A stretch of DNA of 64,000 bases from contig CAXHJY010000168.1 in assembly GCA_964016885.1 (NCBI GenBank), forward strand, positions 124,001-188,000, written 5' to 3'. The stretch is from Eledone cirrhosa. Its lineage: Eukaryota. Shown one piece after another: positions 63,561 to 64,000 of this stretch. Every line of letters begins with the position of its first letter. The stretch's first letter is position 1. Position numbers and translations under genes: made by a program. A model generated the notes under the pieces. It made no database searches. It had not been told where the DNA came from and saw only the letters and a list, made by a program, of their open reading frames with translations.

Positions 63561-64000
63561 GTGCCCCGTTTTTTGGGTCCGTTTTTTATTTGGGTACCCC
63601 GTTTTTTATTTGGATACCCCGTTTTTTTATGGGGAGGGGTCCGTTTTTTATTTAGGTACCCCGTTTTTTATTTGGATGCCCCGTTATTTATGGGGGGGTC
63701 CGTTTTTCATTTTTGTACACTGTTTTTTTATTTGGGTGCCCCGTTATTTTATGGGGGGGTACGTTTTTTATTTGGGTTCCCCGTTTTTTTAGGGAGGTCC
63801 GTTTTTTTATTTGGGTTACCCCGTTTTTTATTTGGGTACCCCGTTTTTGGGGTCCGTTTTTTATTTGGGTACCCTGTTTTTTTATTTGGGTGCCCCGTTT
63901 TTTTATGGGGGGGTCCGTTTTTTATATTTGTACCCTGTTTTTTTATTTGGGTGCCCCGTTTTTTTATGGGTGGTCCGTTTTTTATTTGGGTGCCCCGTTT

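Larger units (their letters stand above)
15310..64000. repeat. Satellite array B: ~20-bp monomers GGGTGCCCCGTTTTTTATTT / GGGTACCCCGTTTTTTATTT plus the 40-bp dimer GGGTGCCCCGTTTTTTTATGGGGGGGTCCGTTTTTTATTT
   Basis: Read directly over 48.7 kb with no unique sequence. Recurrent subvariants include TTTCGGTGCC, GGATGCC, TTAATTGGG, a 33-bp deleted dimer (CCCCGTTTTTTGGGTCCG) and an 18-bp GGGTGCCG monomer. The array runs off the right edge. Confidence 0.99.

Noticed and set aside
15108-63792. Very long + strand ORFs (up to 1404 aa) rich in F, G, P and V
   Set aside because: The B consensus has no + strand stop codon, and a 20-bp unit gives the same rotating peptide in all three overlapping frames. 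There is no frame preference, indels are frequent and no domain is recognisable.
1-64000. CRISPR-like repeat/spacer array or a variable cassette system
   Set aside because: There are no unique spacers, the variable halves are point variants of one motif, and no cas, recombinase or reverse transcriptase gene is present.
15310-64000. GC dyad followed by a T-run as rho-independent terminators
   Set aside because: The stems are only 3-4 bp and are repeated thousands of times with no upstream genes, so the resemblance is coincidental.

Overview
This window contains no credible gene. It is almost entirely tandem satellite DNA, probably from a eukaryote (heterochromatic, pericentromeric or subtelomeric type; the host cannot be identified from the sequence). 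Two related arrays with a ~20-bp unit abut in the same orientation and register. Array A (1-15289, about 735 monomers) has consensus GGG[T/G]GATCCATTTTTTATTT, almost no CpG and nested periods of about 880, 2900 and 5858 bp. Array B (15310-64000, roughly 2400 monomers) mixes GGGT[G/A]CCCCGTTTTTTATTT with a 40-bp dimer, GGGTGCCCCGTTTTTTTATGGGGGGGTCCGTTTTTTATTT. It has about one CpG per monomer and is a mosaic of segmental duplications with offsets from 477 bp to about 17 kb. The only complex sequence is a 553-bp insert (13822-14374) flanked by GATC on both sides, best read as a solo LTR with a 4-bp target-site duplication. All ORFs in the supplied track are artefacts of the repeat. The most notable points are the one-monomer, in-phase switch from A to B, the matching of monomer variants across it, and the insert.
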